32,000 nt of DNA from Candidatus Paracaedimonas acanthamoebae (lineage in GTDB: Bacteria > Pseudomonadota > Alphaproteobacteria > Caedimonadales > Caedimonadaceae). Both the position numbers and the translations under genes were made by a program. The notes beneath the pieces are model-generated. The model searched no databases. It was given only the letters and a program-made list of their open reading frames with translations, and was not told the origin of the DNA. Below, in pieces: positions 17,976 to 27,729 of this stretch. The stretch is taken from the NCBI GenBank assembly GCA_000743035.1, contig CP008936.1, positions 1,350,001-1,382,000 on the forward strand, in the 5' to 3' direction. The stretch's first letter is position 1, and each line of letters starts with the position of its first letter.

Positions 17976-20816
17976 CTAGTTATTAATTGTTAAAGCTTGT
18001 TCGACTAGCAATGCTTGCTCATATTCATGTCGCTCATAAAAACCTGTTGCCGGAGAAGCGCTTTCCGGGCGGCCAACATAATGCGGGCGTAAATAAGCCC
18101 CCTTTATTTCCCTTAATATCTTCTCTATACGCCGATCAATAAAGGCCCAAGCGCCCATATTTTCGGGTTCCTCTTGGCACCAAATAATTTCAGCCTGCAA
18201 ATATCGCTTAAGTTCTTGAATCAATTCTTCATGAGGGAAAGGGTATAGCTGTTCAATGCGTATTAAAGCAATATTCCGGATATCTTTTGCCTTACGAGCC
18301 TGATACAAATCATAGTAAATTTTTCCGGTACACAGAATAACGCGCTTAATCTTTAAATCATCAACAAGCTCATCTTTTTCTGCATAAATCATATTAAAAT
18401 AAGATTTTTGAGTGAATTCTTCCTGAGTCGAAACTGTTAAAGAGTGCCTCAATAAAGATTTAGGCGTCATGATAATAAGTGGTTTTCGAGTCTTCCATTT
18501 TAGTTGGCGTCTTAAAATATGAAAATAATTGGCTGGCGTTGTGCAATTAGCAATAACCATATTATCTTCGGCACACAGCTGTAAATAACGTTCAAGGCGA
18601 GCAGAAGAATGTTCAGGTCCTTGCCCCTCAAAACCATGGGGAAGTAACATCACAAGCCCAGAAAGACGGAGCCATTTAGCTTCTCCTGATGAAATGAACT
18701 GATCGATGATGACCTGGGCTCCATTCGCAAAATCCCCGAACTGTGCCTCCCACAAAACCAGAGAATAAGGATCTGAGAGACTATACCCGAGCTCAAATCC
18801 AAGAACTGAAGCTTCCGCCAAAGGGCTGTCAACAATTTCTATCTCTTCTTGCACAACACGAATATTATTCAATGAGATATAAGGAGCACCATTCTCTTGG
18901 TCATAAATAACAGCATGACGTTGAGAGAATGTTCCTCGTCCACTATCTTGACCACTTAAACGGACAGAAGTTCCTTCACATAGCAAAGATCCTAAAGCAA
19001 GCGCTTCGGCAGTTGCCCAATCAACGCCTTGACCTGTCTCAAACATTATACTCCTTGCTGAAAAAAAACGCTGTAATCTTGGGTGAAGTGAGAAATTTTC
19101 TGGTATTTTCAACAAAGCATGCCCAATTTCTTGCATCATTTCTCGCGAAATTCCTGTCCCAAAGGAAGTAAATTTATCTTGGACATCAAATCCACTCCAA
19201 ACTCCCTCCAGCCACTCATTCTTTTCACCTTCGAAATTTTGTGCTGCTAAAAATTCTTGCTGCCACTGGGCCTCAACCTCTTGTAAAATAAGGTTCTTAT
19301 AATTTTCGTCAATAATTCCTTCATTCACGAGCTTATCAGCATAAGACAAATGAACTGAAGGGCGTTTAGCAATTGCTTTATACATAAGAGGTTGTGTAAA
19401 ACTAGGTTCATCAATTTCATTATGTCCATGGCGACGATAGCAAAACATATCAATCACAATATCGCGTTTAAATTTTTCGCGATATTGAGCTGCAAGCGTA
19501 GCCACAAATATTACAGCATCAGGATCATCTCCATTAACATGGAAAATAGGAGCTTGAATCATCTTTGCCACATCTGAACAATATGGTGAAGACCGCGAAA
19601 AAGCAGGTGAAGTTGTAAAGCCTATTTGGTTATTAATAACAATATGAATTGTTCCCCCCGTTCTATAGCCCTTGAGATCTGATAACATTAATGTTTCAGC
19701 TGCAAGACCTTGTCCTGCAAAAGCAGCATCCCCATGGACAAGAACCCCTATAATAGCCGATTGAGTCACATCGCCTCTTCGTTTCTGTTTAGCACGCACC
19801 TTCCCTACAACAATCGGGTTCACTGCTTCAAGATGAGACGGATTTGCTGTCAGAGAAAGATGAAAAATTTTCCCTTCAAACTCTCGATCAGCTGAAGCTC
19901 CTAAGTGATACTTGACATCGCCCGAGCCGTGGACTAGCTCTTGGGCTTTCCCCTGAAACTTACTAAAAATAGAACGTGCTGATTTTCCTAAAATATTGAC
20001 CAAAACATTTAAACGGCCTCGATGCGCCACACCTAGCACAACCTCGCGGGCTCCCAAATGCCCAGATTCCCCTAAAATTACTTCGAGCAACGGAATAAGG
20101 CTTTCACTTCCTTCTAAACTAAATCGTTTAGCTCCCGGATGTTTCGTTTGTAAGAATTTTTCTAAGGTTGCCGCCGCTGTTAGATTATACAAACAACGCT
20201 TTCTGCGTTCTAAAGAAATGCCCCCTCTAAAATTTTCTATTTGTTCTTGGATCCAAGCTTTCTCATCAGGCGCTTGAATATGCATAAACTCTACACCTAT
20301 AGGCCCGCAGTAAGTTCGATGTAGAATTTTTATTATTTCTCGCAAGGTCGCTTTTTCTCGCCCTAAAACACCATCTATAAAAATTTCTCGATCAAAATCA
20401 TTTGAGCTGAAACCGTAAGTTGCAGGGTCAAGCTCTGGATGAGTCTTAGGTGCCACAAGCTCTAAAGGATCAAGCTTTGCAAATAAATGTCCTCTCACCC
20501 TATACGCTCTAATAAGCATGAGAGCTCTAATTGAATCTACCGTCGTTTGCGGAATGGTCCCGGAAGCAGAAAAAACCGTTTGTTCAGGTAGGTTTGCAGG
20601 TATTTTAAACGAACCACTTTCTGGAGCATCTAACGATTTTTGAAAATCTAGCTCATCCTGAGGCACAGTGGATACTTTATGAGAAAATTCAGCAAAAACA
20701 GCTTGCCAGCTAGGGTCAATAGAAGCAGGATCTTTAAGATAACGTTCAAAAAGTTCTTCGATAAAAATGGCATTTGAACCCGTTAAAAAAGTGGCCAGAG
20801 TTTGTGAAGGCTCCAT
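17976..20816 (-). CDS. sucA: 2-oxoglutarate dehydrogenase E1 component
   Basis: The 946 aa product shows full-length SucA similarity (LIRAYRVRGH, GMAHRGRLN-type VAHRGRLNVL, HGDAAFAGQG, LLPHGFEGQGPEHSSARLERYLQL). Confidence 0.97.
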   Translation of the reverse strand: MEPSQTLATFLTGSNAIFIEELFERYLKDPASIDPSWQAVFAEFSHKVSTVPQDELDFQKSLDAPESGSFKIPANLPEQTVFSASGTIPQTTVDSIRALMLIRAYRVRGHLFAKLDPLELVAPKTHPELDPATYGFSSNDFDREIFIDGVLGREKATLREIIKILHRTYCGPIGVEFMHIQAPDEKAWIQEQIENFRGGISLERRKRCLYNLTAAATLEKFLQTKHPGAKRFSLEGSESLIPLLEVILGESGHLGAREVVLGVAHRGRLNVLVNILGKSARSIFSKFQGKAQELVHGSGDVKYHLGASADREFEGKIFHLSLTANPSHLEAVNPIVVGKVRAKQKRRGDVTQSAIIGVLVHGDAAFAGQGLAAETLMLSDLKGYRTGGTIHIVINNQIGFTTSPAFSRSSPYCSDVAKMIQAPIFHVNGDDPDAVIFVATLAAQYREKFKRDIVIDMFCYRRHGHNEIDEPSFTQPLMYKAIAKRPSVHLSYADKLVNEGIIDENYKNLILQEVEAQWQQEFLAAQNFEGEKNEWLEGVWSGFDVQDKFTSFGTGISREMMQEIGHALLKIPENFSLHPRLQRFFSARSIMFETGQGVDWATAEALALGSLLCEGTSVRLSGQDSGRGTFSQRHAVIYDQENGAPYISLNNIRVVQEEIEIVDSPLAEASVLGFELGYSLSDPYSLVLWEAQFGDFANGAQVIIDQFISSGEAKWLRLSGLVMLLPHGFEGQGPEHSSARLERYLQLCAEDNMVIANCTTPANYFHILRRQLKWKTRKPLIIMTPKSLLRHSLTVSTQEEFTQKSYFNMIYAEKDELVDDLKIKRVILCTGKIYYDLYQARKAKDIRNIALIRIEQLYPFPHEELIQELKRYLQAEIIWCQEEPENMGAWAFIDRRIEKILREIKGAYLRPHYVGRPESASPATGFYERHEYEQALLVEQALTINN

Positions 20817-21160
20817 TTGTATCTCTTTATCTTAGTTCTTGCTTTTCACTTGTTAGATTTCCAATTATACAGTGAATATATTGATGATCCGTAAAATTTT
20901 AAATAGTTTTGAGTCTACCGCTTTTTTTAAATTTTACAATTCTTTTAAGAATATAAATGGAAAGATAGGCCTTGAAAGCTTTATTTCCAAAAATTTATAA
21001 TTTGACGCGCAAAAAAACTTTTTTATTCTATACAAAAGTAATTGATTTAAATCAAAAGATTAAAGATAGGAACAGAGTACAATTTTTATCTTAATCTTGT
21101 ATAAATCTTCGCTAAAAGAACCTACAAGAATCATATATAATAAGACTAAATAAATAAGAG

Positions 21161-21270
21161 ATTGGTGGGGGGTGATCCTGAGATCTTTAGCCCACCTTGT
21201 TCATCTTAAAGTCTCCCCAAACTTGATATGGAACTTTCATGGTGGCTCGGTAACCCCCTGTTACCTTTTC
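21161..21270 (+). other. GC-rich structured island inside an AT-rich spacer (candidate small RNA, attenuator or repeat relic)
   Basis: GGTGGG (21164-21169) can pair with CCCACC (21191-21196). GGTAAC (21249-21254), loop CCCCT and GTTACC (21260-21265) are followed by TTTT. Alternative pairings GGGGGT/ACCCCC and CCACC/GGTGG are mutually exclusive with these hairpins. There is no coding potential. Confidence 0.25.
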
Positions 21271-21767
21271 TGAGAGTAGATTAGCAAATTCAAAATAAAT
21301 TTCAATCAAAAAAGCGATTGATTTCTCAATATTTTTTAAAAATTCTTGCGATAAAAAATTAATATCTCACTTTTTTGATACCTTTAACATTTCGTTAATA
21401 AAATGTTAATAGACTATTAATATTATGGTAATCTTTTGTTAACTTTTAGGGTTCTTTTGTTCAATGCTTCATAACAGAGGTCAAAAAAAAATTCTTTTTA
21501 AACTCAAAAAATTCTACCATTTTCTATTTTACTATAAAATTTAAATGACGGGCTTATCTTTAGGCCCTGAAAATACAACAAATTTACCTTTTACGCATAT
21601 TTATATAGCCTTATTTTTTACAATTTAACAATAAAAACAAATGCTTAATTTAATAAATTAGATAACTTAAATTTTAGATAAATTAAAATATTTGACTAAA
21701 AGCTAATATTACTCTTATTTTTTCTAAGAGTTGGGGAGAAATTGTAACAATAAATGAAAGGCCCCCG

Positions 21768-22127
21768 ATGAAAAAAATTACCCTCCCAGCTATTCTTTTA
21801 ACATTTATAGCATCTTCATATCATTCATATGGTTCTCTCACTTTTGAAGAGGAAAAAATTGGAACTTCGAAGGCTGTAAATTCCTCAAAATTAACAAAAG
21901 ATTTTTCAGAACTTCCGCTTGTAGCAAGCTCATACAATAAAACTGTTAGAGGCATTCAAAGCGAATTAAAGCATCTTCGAAATGGAATGATTCTCTTATC
22001 TTCTGGTAAAACTTCATTAGCAACTGAGAGTTTTAAAGAAGCTATAGAATATGGATCTCCTCTTGGCTATTTATATGCCGGTGTTTTAGTTGATGAGGAT
22101 GCCACATCTAGAGATACTTTGATATAG
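21768..22127 (+). CDS. Small hypothetical secreted protein (possible Sel1/TPR-like C-terminus; may be truncated)
   Basis: The signal peptide is MKKITLPAILLTFIASSYHSYG. The C-terminal FKEAIEYGSPLGYLYAGVL weakly resembles a Sel1-like repeat. The gene is on the strand opposite the flanking suc genes. A different frame stays open from 22112 to 22222, just before the terminator. Confidence 0.4.
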   Translation: MKKITLPAILLTFIASSYHSYGSLTFEEEKIGTSKAVNSSKLTKDFSELPLVASSYNKTVRGIQSELKHLRNGMILLSSGKTSLATESFKEAIEYGSPLGYLYAGVLVDEDATSRDTLI

Positions 22128-22231
22128 CTACTTTGGCGGTAGAAAAGCACGCTTTACCACAGGATATTTTCGATCAACATGTGACCTACCTTATACAAGC
22201 AGGTTTTCTAACTGAATCTTAAAAAATAAAT

Positions 22232-22271
22232 GCTCAAGAATTATAATATGCAAAATAATTCTTGAGCTTTT
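22232..22271. terminator. Bidirectional rho-independent terminator between the small ORF and sucD
   Basis: There is a perfect 13-bp stem GCTCAAGAATTAT (22232-22244) / ATAATTCTTGAGC (22255-22267) with a 10-nt loop. TTTT follows on the + strand. AAAAAATAAAT precedes it, which reads as a T-run on the - strand after sucD. Confidence 0.7.
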
Positions 22272-22338
22272 CCTTAGCTAAATGCAATAATTTTGCGGCC
22301 AATTACACGCTTAAGTTAATATATAAAGAGTTTAAATT

Positions 22339-23223
22339 TTATCCTTTATTATCAAGCACTAGTCTAAGAAGTGTCTTCCCTATTTCAGCAGGAGAATCGA
22401 CAACCGTAACACCTGCTTGCCGAAGGCGAGTTTTCTTGCTCTCCGCAGTTTCCTCTCCTCCAGATACAATAGCCCCTGCATGCCCCATACGTTTGCCTTC
22501 TGGAGCTGTTGCACCTGCAATAAAGCCTACAATTGGTTTTTTAATTGATGAGCTCTGAATATAACGAGCAGCCTCATCTTCTGCAGATCCTCCAATTTCA
22601 CCAATCATAATAATGCTGTCGGTTTGGGGATCATGGAAAAACATATCAAGACAATCGACAAACGAAAGACCATGAATAGGATCTCCACCAATTCCAACGC
22701 ATGTTGATTGCCCCAGCCCAGCTTGAGTAACTTGCCATACAGCCTCATACGTCAGCGTACCTGAACGAGAGACGATCCCAACTTTGCCAGGGCGATGAAT
22801 ATGTCCAGGCATAATCCCAATTTTACAAGTCCCAGGCGTAATAATTCCGGGACAATTGGGGCCAATTAAGCGCGTTTTAGAGCCTAAAAGCGCCCGTTTC
22901 ACTCTCAGCATATCTAGAACTGGGATCCCTTCAGTAATACAGACAACAAGAGGGATTTGCGCATCAATGGCTTCAAAAATAGCATCAGCTGCATAAGCAG
23001 GAGGCACGTAAATTACACTTGCGTTTGCCCCGGTCTCCTTAACAGCTCTCTCAACAGTATTGAAAACCGGCAAGTTAAGGTGTGCTGTTCCTCCTTTTCC
23101 GGGGGTCACCCCACCAACCATTTTCGTCCCATACGCTAACGCCTGTTCGGAATGGAAAGTTCCTTGTGCACCCGTGAATCCCTGACAAATCACACGCGTA
23201 TTTGAATCAACGAGAATTGCCAT
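22339..23223 (-). CDS. sucD: Succinate--CoA ligase subunit alpha
   Basis: [33 protein letters not shown] and the phosphohistidine loop MGHAGAI are present. The ATG at 23223 lies 1 nt after the sucC stop. The longer track ORF (to 23268) overlaps sucC and is rejected. Confidence 0.95.
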   Translation of the reverse strand: MAILVDSNTRVICQGFTGAQGTFHSEQALAYGTKMVGGVTPGKGGTAHLNLPVFNTVERAVKETGANASVIYVPPAYAADAIFEAIDAQIPLVVCITEGIPVLDMLRVKRALLGSKTRLIGPNCPGIITPGTCKIGIMPGHIHRPGKVGIVSRSGTLTYEAVWQVTQAGLGQSTCVGIGGDPIHGLSFVDCLDMFFHDPQTDSIIMIGEIGGSAEDEAARYIQSSSIKKPIVGFIAGATAPEGKRMGHAGAIVSGGEETAESKKTRLRQAGVTVVDSPAEIGKTLLRLVLDNKG

Positions 23224-23224
23224 C

Positions 23225-24394
23225 TTAAGCTCCTCCTCTAACAGCAGCCACGCTTTTTTGAGCAGCATCTGCCAAGTCTTCTGCCGCGATGATAGGAAGG
23301 CCAGACCGCGCTAAAATTTTTTTACCTTTTTCAACATTTGTTCCTTCAAGACGCACAACTAAAGGCACATGGATTTGCACATCCAGAGCAGCAGCCACGA
23401 TCCCTTCCGCAATGATATCACACCGCATAATTCCCCCAAAAATGTTCACCAGAATTGCTTTAACATTTGGATCTGACAGAATGAACTTAAACGCTGTAAT
23501 GACACGTTCACGAGGTGCGCCTCCCCCAACATCTAGAAAATTAGCAGGCTCCCCTCCATAAAGTTTAATAACATCCATAGTTGCCATGGCAAGACCAGCG
23601 CCATTGACCATACACCCTATATTCCCTTCAAGCTTTATATAGCTCAATGCATTTTTAGCTGCTTCTGTTTCAGTGGGCTCTTCTTCTGTAGGATCACGTA
23701 ATTGTTCAATGTCTGGATGTCTAAATAAACTATTATCATCAAACATCATTTTTGCATCTAATGCTAAAGGTTCTCCGTGAGTTGTGATAATAAGAGGGTT
23801 AATTTCAACAAGCGTCGCATCAAGCGTAATGAATGCGTTGTAACAAGCCTCCATTAAAGAAATAACTTTAGGGATAATTTTTCCGTCGATTCCTGCAGAA
23901 AATGCCAACTTTCTCCCGTTAAAAGACTGAAACCCAACTAAAGGATCAATAATTTCTGTAAAGATTTTTGTAGGGTCATGCGCAGCAACTTCTTCAATAG
24001 AAGTGCCTCCTGCTTCTGAGAATACCAGCATAATTTTTGAAGAAGCTCGATCTAACAAGATGCTAAAATAAAATTCTTTAGCGATAGGCGTGCCCTGTTC
24101 AACATAAATACGCCTTACAAGTTGACCTGCTGGTCCTGTTTGTGGCGTTACCAACTGAGAACCTAACAGAGCCTGGGCATACTCTTTCACTTGCTCTTTT
24201 GTTTTTGCAAGCTTAACGCCACCCCCTTTACCTCGCCCGCCGGCATGAATTTGCGCTTTAACTGCCCACAGCTGGCCACCTAATTGGTGAGCAGCTTTTT
24301 CTGCTTCCTCAGATGTATAAACAATACGCCCTTGCGGAATTAATACCCCAAAACGGCTCAGCAATTCTTTTGCTTGGTATTCATGAATTTTCAT
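23225..24394 (-). CDS. sucC: Succinate--CoA ligase (ADP-forming) subunit beta
   Basis: [17 protein letters not shown], the ATP-grasp region and the C-terminal GGIMRCD are present. Confidence 0.97.
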   Translation of the reverse strand: MKIHEYQAKELLSRFGVLIPQGRIVYTSEEAEKAAHQLGGQLWAVKAQIHAGGRGKGGGVKLAKTKEQVKEYAQALLGSQLVTPQTGPAGQLVRRIYVEQGTPIAKEFYFSILLDRASSKIMLVFSEAGGTSIEEVAAHDPTKIFTEIIDPLVGFQSFNGRKLAFSAGIDGKIIPKVISLMEACYNAFITLDATLVEINPLIITTHGEPLALDAKMMFDDNSLFRHPDIEQLRDPTEEEPTETEAAKNALSYIKLEGNIGCMVNGAGLAMATMDVIKLYGGEPANFLDVGGGAPRERVITAFKFILSDPNVKAILVNIFGGIMRCDIIAEGIVAAALDVQIHVPLVVRLEGTNVEKGKKILARSGLPIIAAEDLADAAQKSVAAVRGGA

Positions 24395-25360
<966 letters not shown>

Positions 25361-25383
25361 CTATGCTCTTTTAAAATTTGATA

Positions 25384-26043
25384 TTATTCTTTGAAAAGGC
25401 ACTCTCTTAAAAAGAGCCTCCCCAACTCAATACCTTTTTGATTGATTCCATGCCCAAAAGCAGGGCAAGTATAAGTCCTCACAGGTACTTTCATAGAAGC
25501 TAAACGCTTTTGTGCCTCATCCATTGATTCATATGGCACTATTTCATCAGCATCTCCGTGAATCAAAAAAACATGAGGTTGTCTTTCTTGCCCTGTAGGT
25601 TCTCCATAAATCAAAGCCCCTGAATATCCGATAACGCCGGCACATGTTAAAGGACGCGTGAGAGCTGTATAAAGTGCTATCATGGCGCCTTGTGAAAAAC
25701 CAACGATCATTAAATTTTCATCTGTAAGTCCACGTTTTTCGAGACTCTCATCGATAAATTTATTCAAACGAGGAACTGATGATTGCATTTGCCCTAAAAG
25801 AAATTGAGGTTGCCAACTTGTAAGGCTAAACCATTGATACCCTAATGCCGCCATTTCACAAGGAAAAGGGGCATGAGGAGCAAGAAATTCAGCATCAGGC
25901 AAAGACGAAGACCAATGATGTCCGAGTTCTATAAGATCATCCCCATTAGCCCCATATCCATGAAGTAAAAGGACCAACTGTTTTGCTCGACCATTCTGAG
26001 GGACCAAAGAAGGGCCCGTTAATACTGTCGCATCATTCATCAT
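25384..26043 (-). CDS. Alpha/beta hydrolase, phospholipase/carboxylesterase family
   Basis: The nucleophile elbow is GFSQGA, with the acid in HGDADEIVP and His in FGHGI. Size (219 aa) and layout are typical of the family. The gene is 44 bp upstream of mdh and co-oriented with it. Confidence 0.8.
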   Translation of the reverse strand: MMNDATVLTGPSLVPQNGRAKQLVLLLHGYGANGDDLIELGHHWSSSLPDAEFLAPHAPFPCEMAALGYQWFSLTSWQPQFLLGQMQSSVPRLNKFIDESLEKRGLTDENLMIVGFSQGAMIALYTALTRPLTCAGVIGYSGALIYGEPTGQERQPHVFLIHGDADEIVPYESMDEAQKRLASMKVPVRTYTCPAFGHGINQKGIELGRLFLRECLFKE

Positions 26044-26189
26044 TAAACTTCCTATAAGATTAATTGAGTCCAGTTTAATCTAGAATCACTCTAACGTCTA
26101 GCAACAGCAGATAGGCTTCCATAATTTTTCTTAATTTTAAGATTGAAGCATACCATTGTTCAGTTATGGTAACAGTAAGGAGCCCCATC

Positions 26190-27056
26190 ATGCCAGAAAA
26201 CTTGTCTTCTCATAACAATCGCCAAGGAGCTTTGTATATGCTATTGGCGGTGTTCATCTTTTGTTTAGTGAATGCGATTGCAAAAAACATCATTGCTCAA
26301 TATCCACCATTAGAAGTTTTATTTTTCCGTTTTTTAGGAGCTTTACTGCCTTCATGGCTTCTTTTATACCGCGATCGAGAAACTATTAACTTTTCTACCC
26401 TTCCTTATAGGACAAGTTTTATTGCTTCGATAATTTTAGTCTTGGATCTTTTGTGTCTTTTTATGTCTTTCAAATATCTCCCTCTCGCAGATGCAACAGC
26501 ATTGTCATTCTCTTCGATTTTTTTTGTCACCGTTCTTGCCGCAATCTTTTTAAAAGAGAGTCTTTCTTTTTCAAGAATCAGCGTCATCATATGTGGCTTT
26601 ATTGGTGTCGTTATTATCGCAAAACCGAGTGGGAATATCTCAATTCTAGGAGCGACTTTCTCACTCATCTACGCTTTGGCAGATGCGATTGTTTTGCTCT
26701 TAATTCGCGTCATGACACGAAACCATAAAAGTAGCTCACTTCTGTTTACCTTCACGTTGTTTGCAACTTTAATAACAGCTGCTTTTCTACCTTATATATG
26801 GAAAACCCCCAATTTTATTGATCTAAGTAAATTTATAGTGTTGGGTATTGGTGGCGGGCTAGGGCAATTTTTTATCACACAAGCTTATCGACATGCTCCG
26901 GCTGCAATCATTGCTCCGATGACTTATTCTGCGACGTTATGGAGCGCCCTTTTAGGATTCATTTTTTGGTCCGAAGTCCCGGGCGTCCATTTTTGGATCG
27001 GGGGCACTCTTGTTATCATGTCTGGTCTTTTCATCATGTGGCGCGAACATAGATGA
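26190..27056 (+). CDS. DMT superfamily (EamA-type) 10-TM transporter
   Basis: There are two EamA-like halves with about 10 hydrophobic helices. The ATG at 26190 is preceded by TAAGGAG (26176-26182). The track start at 26166 lacks an RBS. Confidence 0.85.
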   Translation: MPENLSSHNNRQGALYMLLAVFIFCLVNAIAKNIIAQYPPLEVLFFRFLGALLPSWLLLYRDRETINFSTLPYRTSFIASIILVLDLLCLFMSFKYLPLADATALSFSSIFFVTVLAAIFLKESLSFSRISVIICGFIGVVIIAKPSGNISILGATFSLIYALADAIVLLLIRVMTRNHKSSSLLFTFTLFATLITAAFLPYIWKTPNFIDLSKFIVLGIGGGLGQFFITQAYRHAPAAIIAPMTYSATLWSALLGFIFWSEVPGVHFWIGGTLVIMSGLFIMWREHR

Positions 27057-27221
27057 CACACCTTTTACAAGAATTAGGCCAACAGTTTTTCACTCTCTAA
27101 AGGTAAGTCCAAATTGATAGACTGGTTAATAAAGACGCAGACGGTGTGGGCAAAACTTTCATGCCTATTTTTCATTCGATTCTCACCAATCACCATCACA
27201 ACGTTGACTTTCGGTTTTTTT

Positions 27222-27267
27222 AGATCCCTGCCTCTCGCCTCGGCGAAGCCTGGATCACGAGGATAAC
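27222..27267 (-). repeat. Diverged GATC-flanked palindromic element (possible third member of the 32-nt family)
   Basis: The minus strand reads GTTATCCTCGTGATCC...TCGCC-GA-GGCGA...GGGATCT. It shares the GT(C/T)ATCCT start and GGATCT end of the 32-nt element but is longer. Confidence 0.3.
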
Positions 27268-27297
27268 AAATGAAAATGCGAGAATGAAAGAGAGCGC

Positions 27298-27341
27298 AGA
27301 TGACACAAGAGAAAGTTTCCACGCTTCTCACACCGTTGCCT
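27298..27341 (+). repeat. 44-nt dispersed direct repeat, copy 1
   Basis: AGATGACACAAGAGAAAGTTTCCACGCTTCTCACACCGTTGCCT matches copy 2 at 40 of 44 positions, counted by hand. Confidence 0.6.
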
Positions 27342-27407
27342 TGTTACCTCACCATGCCTGCCACGTACGCTTAAAATCTTCTGGCGCCTATTAACATTTT
27401 TAGGCTG

Positions 27408-27439
27408 CTTGAGATCCTCGGCACAAGGCCAAGGATGAC
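27408..27439 (-). repeat. 32-nt palindromic repeat element, inverted copy
   Basis: The reverse complement GTCATCCTTGGCCTTGTGCCGAGGATCTCAAG matches the + strand copy at 27567-27598 at 29 of 32 positions. It has an internal hairpin. Confidence 0.6.
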
Positions 27440-27566
27440 CATAGGATGGATAGACCACAATCTTATCCGATTTAATTCCTTTGTTTCCTCATATTTTTTA
27501 TCTTTTCTTTGTTCATGCTAATTCCTACTCAGTTCTCACCCATGAGTTCCAAATTCTTCCATTTGC

Positions 27567-27598
27567 GTCATCCTAGGCCTCGTGCCTAGGATCTCAAG
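27567..27598 (+). repeat. 32-nt palindromic repeat element, direct copy
   Basis: In GTCATCCTAGGCCTCGTGCCTAGGATCTCAAG, TCCTAGG and CCTAGGA form a 7-bp stem. Confidence 0.6.
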
Positions 27599-27685
27599 TG
27601 ACTTCAAGATCTCTCCATCACCACTCGGTACCCTTCAATCTCTCCTGAATCCCCCGCCTTCACGGGAATGGCAAAGAAAAAGTGA

Positions 27686-27729
27686 AGATGACATAAGAGA
27701 AACCTTCCAAGCTTCTCACACCGTTGCCT
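27686..27729 (+). repeat. 44-nt dispersed direct repeat, copy 2 (3' end fuses into the microsatellite)
   Basis: The sequence is AGATGACATAAGAGAAACCTTCCAAGCTTCTCACACCGTTGCCT, 388 bp downstream of copy 1. Confidence 0.6.

Noticed and set aside
18650-20277. Several 60-93 aa ORFs on both strands within sucA, and similar ones within ftsX, plsC, lysC, rph, hrcA, grpE, lpdA, sucB, sucC, mdh, the DMT gene and nuoB
   Set aside because: All are nested in or antisense to long CDSs with unambiguous homology. They have no independent signals.
21164-21190. Resemblance of GGGGGTGATCCTGAGATC to the 5' end of tmRNA (GGGGCTGATTCTGGATTCGAC)
   Set aside because: The similarity is short. There is no tag reading frame, no T-arm/ACCA 3' end and no pseudoknot-sized GC-rich body nearby. 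Alphaproteobacterial ssrA is two-piece and much longer than this island.
20817-21767. Possible replication origin or CtrA-regulated region in the AT-rich, palindrome-rich spacer (one TTAA-N7-TTAA at 21395-21409; palindromes at 21042-21055 and about 21385-21410)
   Set aside because: I saw no DnaA-box-like TTATCCACA or TGTGGATAA motifs. A single CtrA-like box and AT-only palindromes are expected by chance at this base composition, and the location is not the usual alphaproteobacterial ori context.
22262-22558. 98-aa + strand ORF
   Set aside because: It starts inside the terminator hairpin and is otherwise antisense to the highly conserved sucD coding sequence.
27074-27458. Minus-strand ORFs of 85 aa and 67 aa downstream of the DMT transporter gene
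   Set aside because: They run through the palindromic and dispersed repeat elements (for example ...YPRDPGFAEARGRDLKKP..., ...HPWPCAEDLKQP...). This is typical of spurious ORFs created by such repeats, and they show no domain-like sequence.
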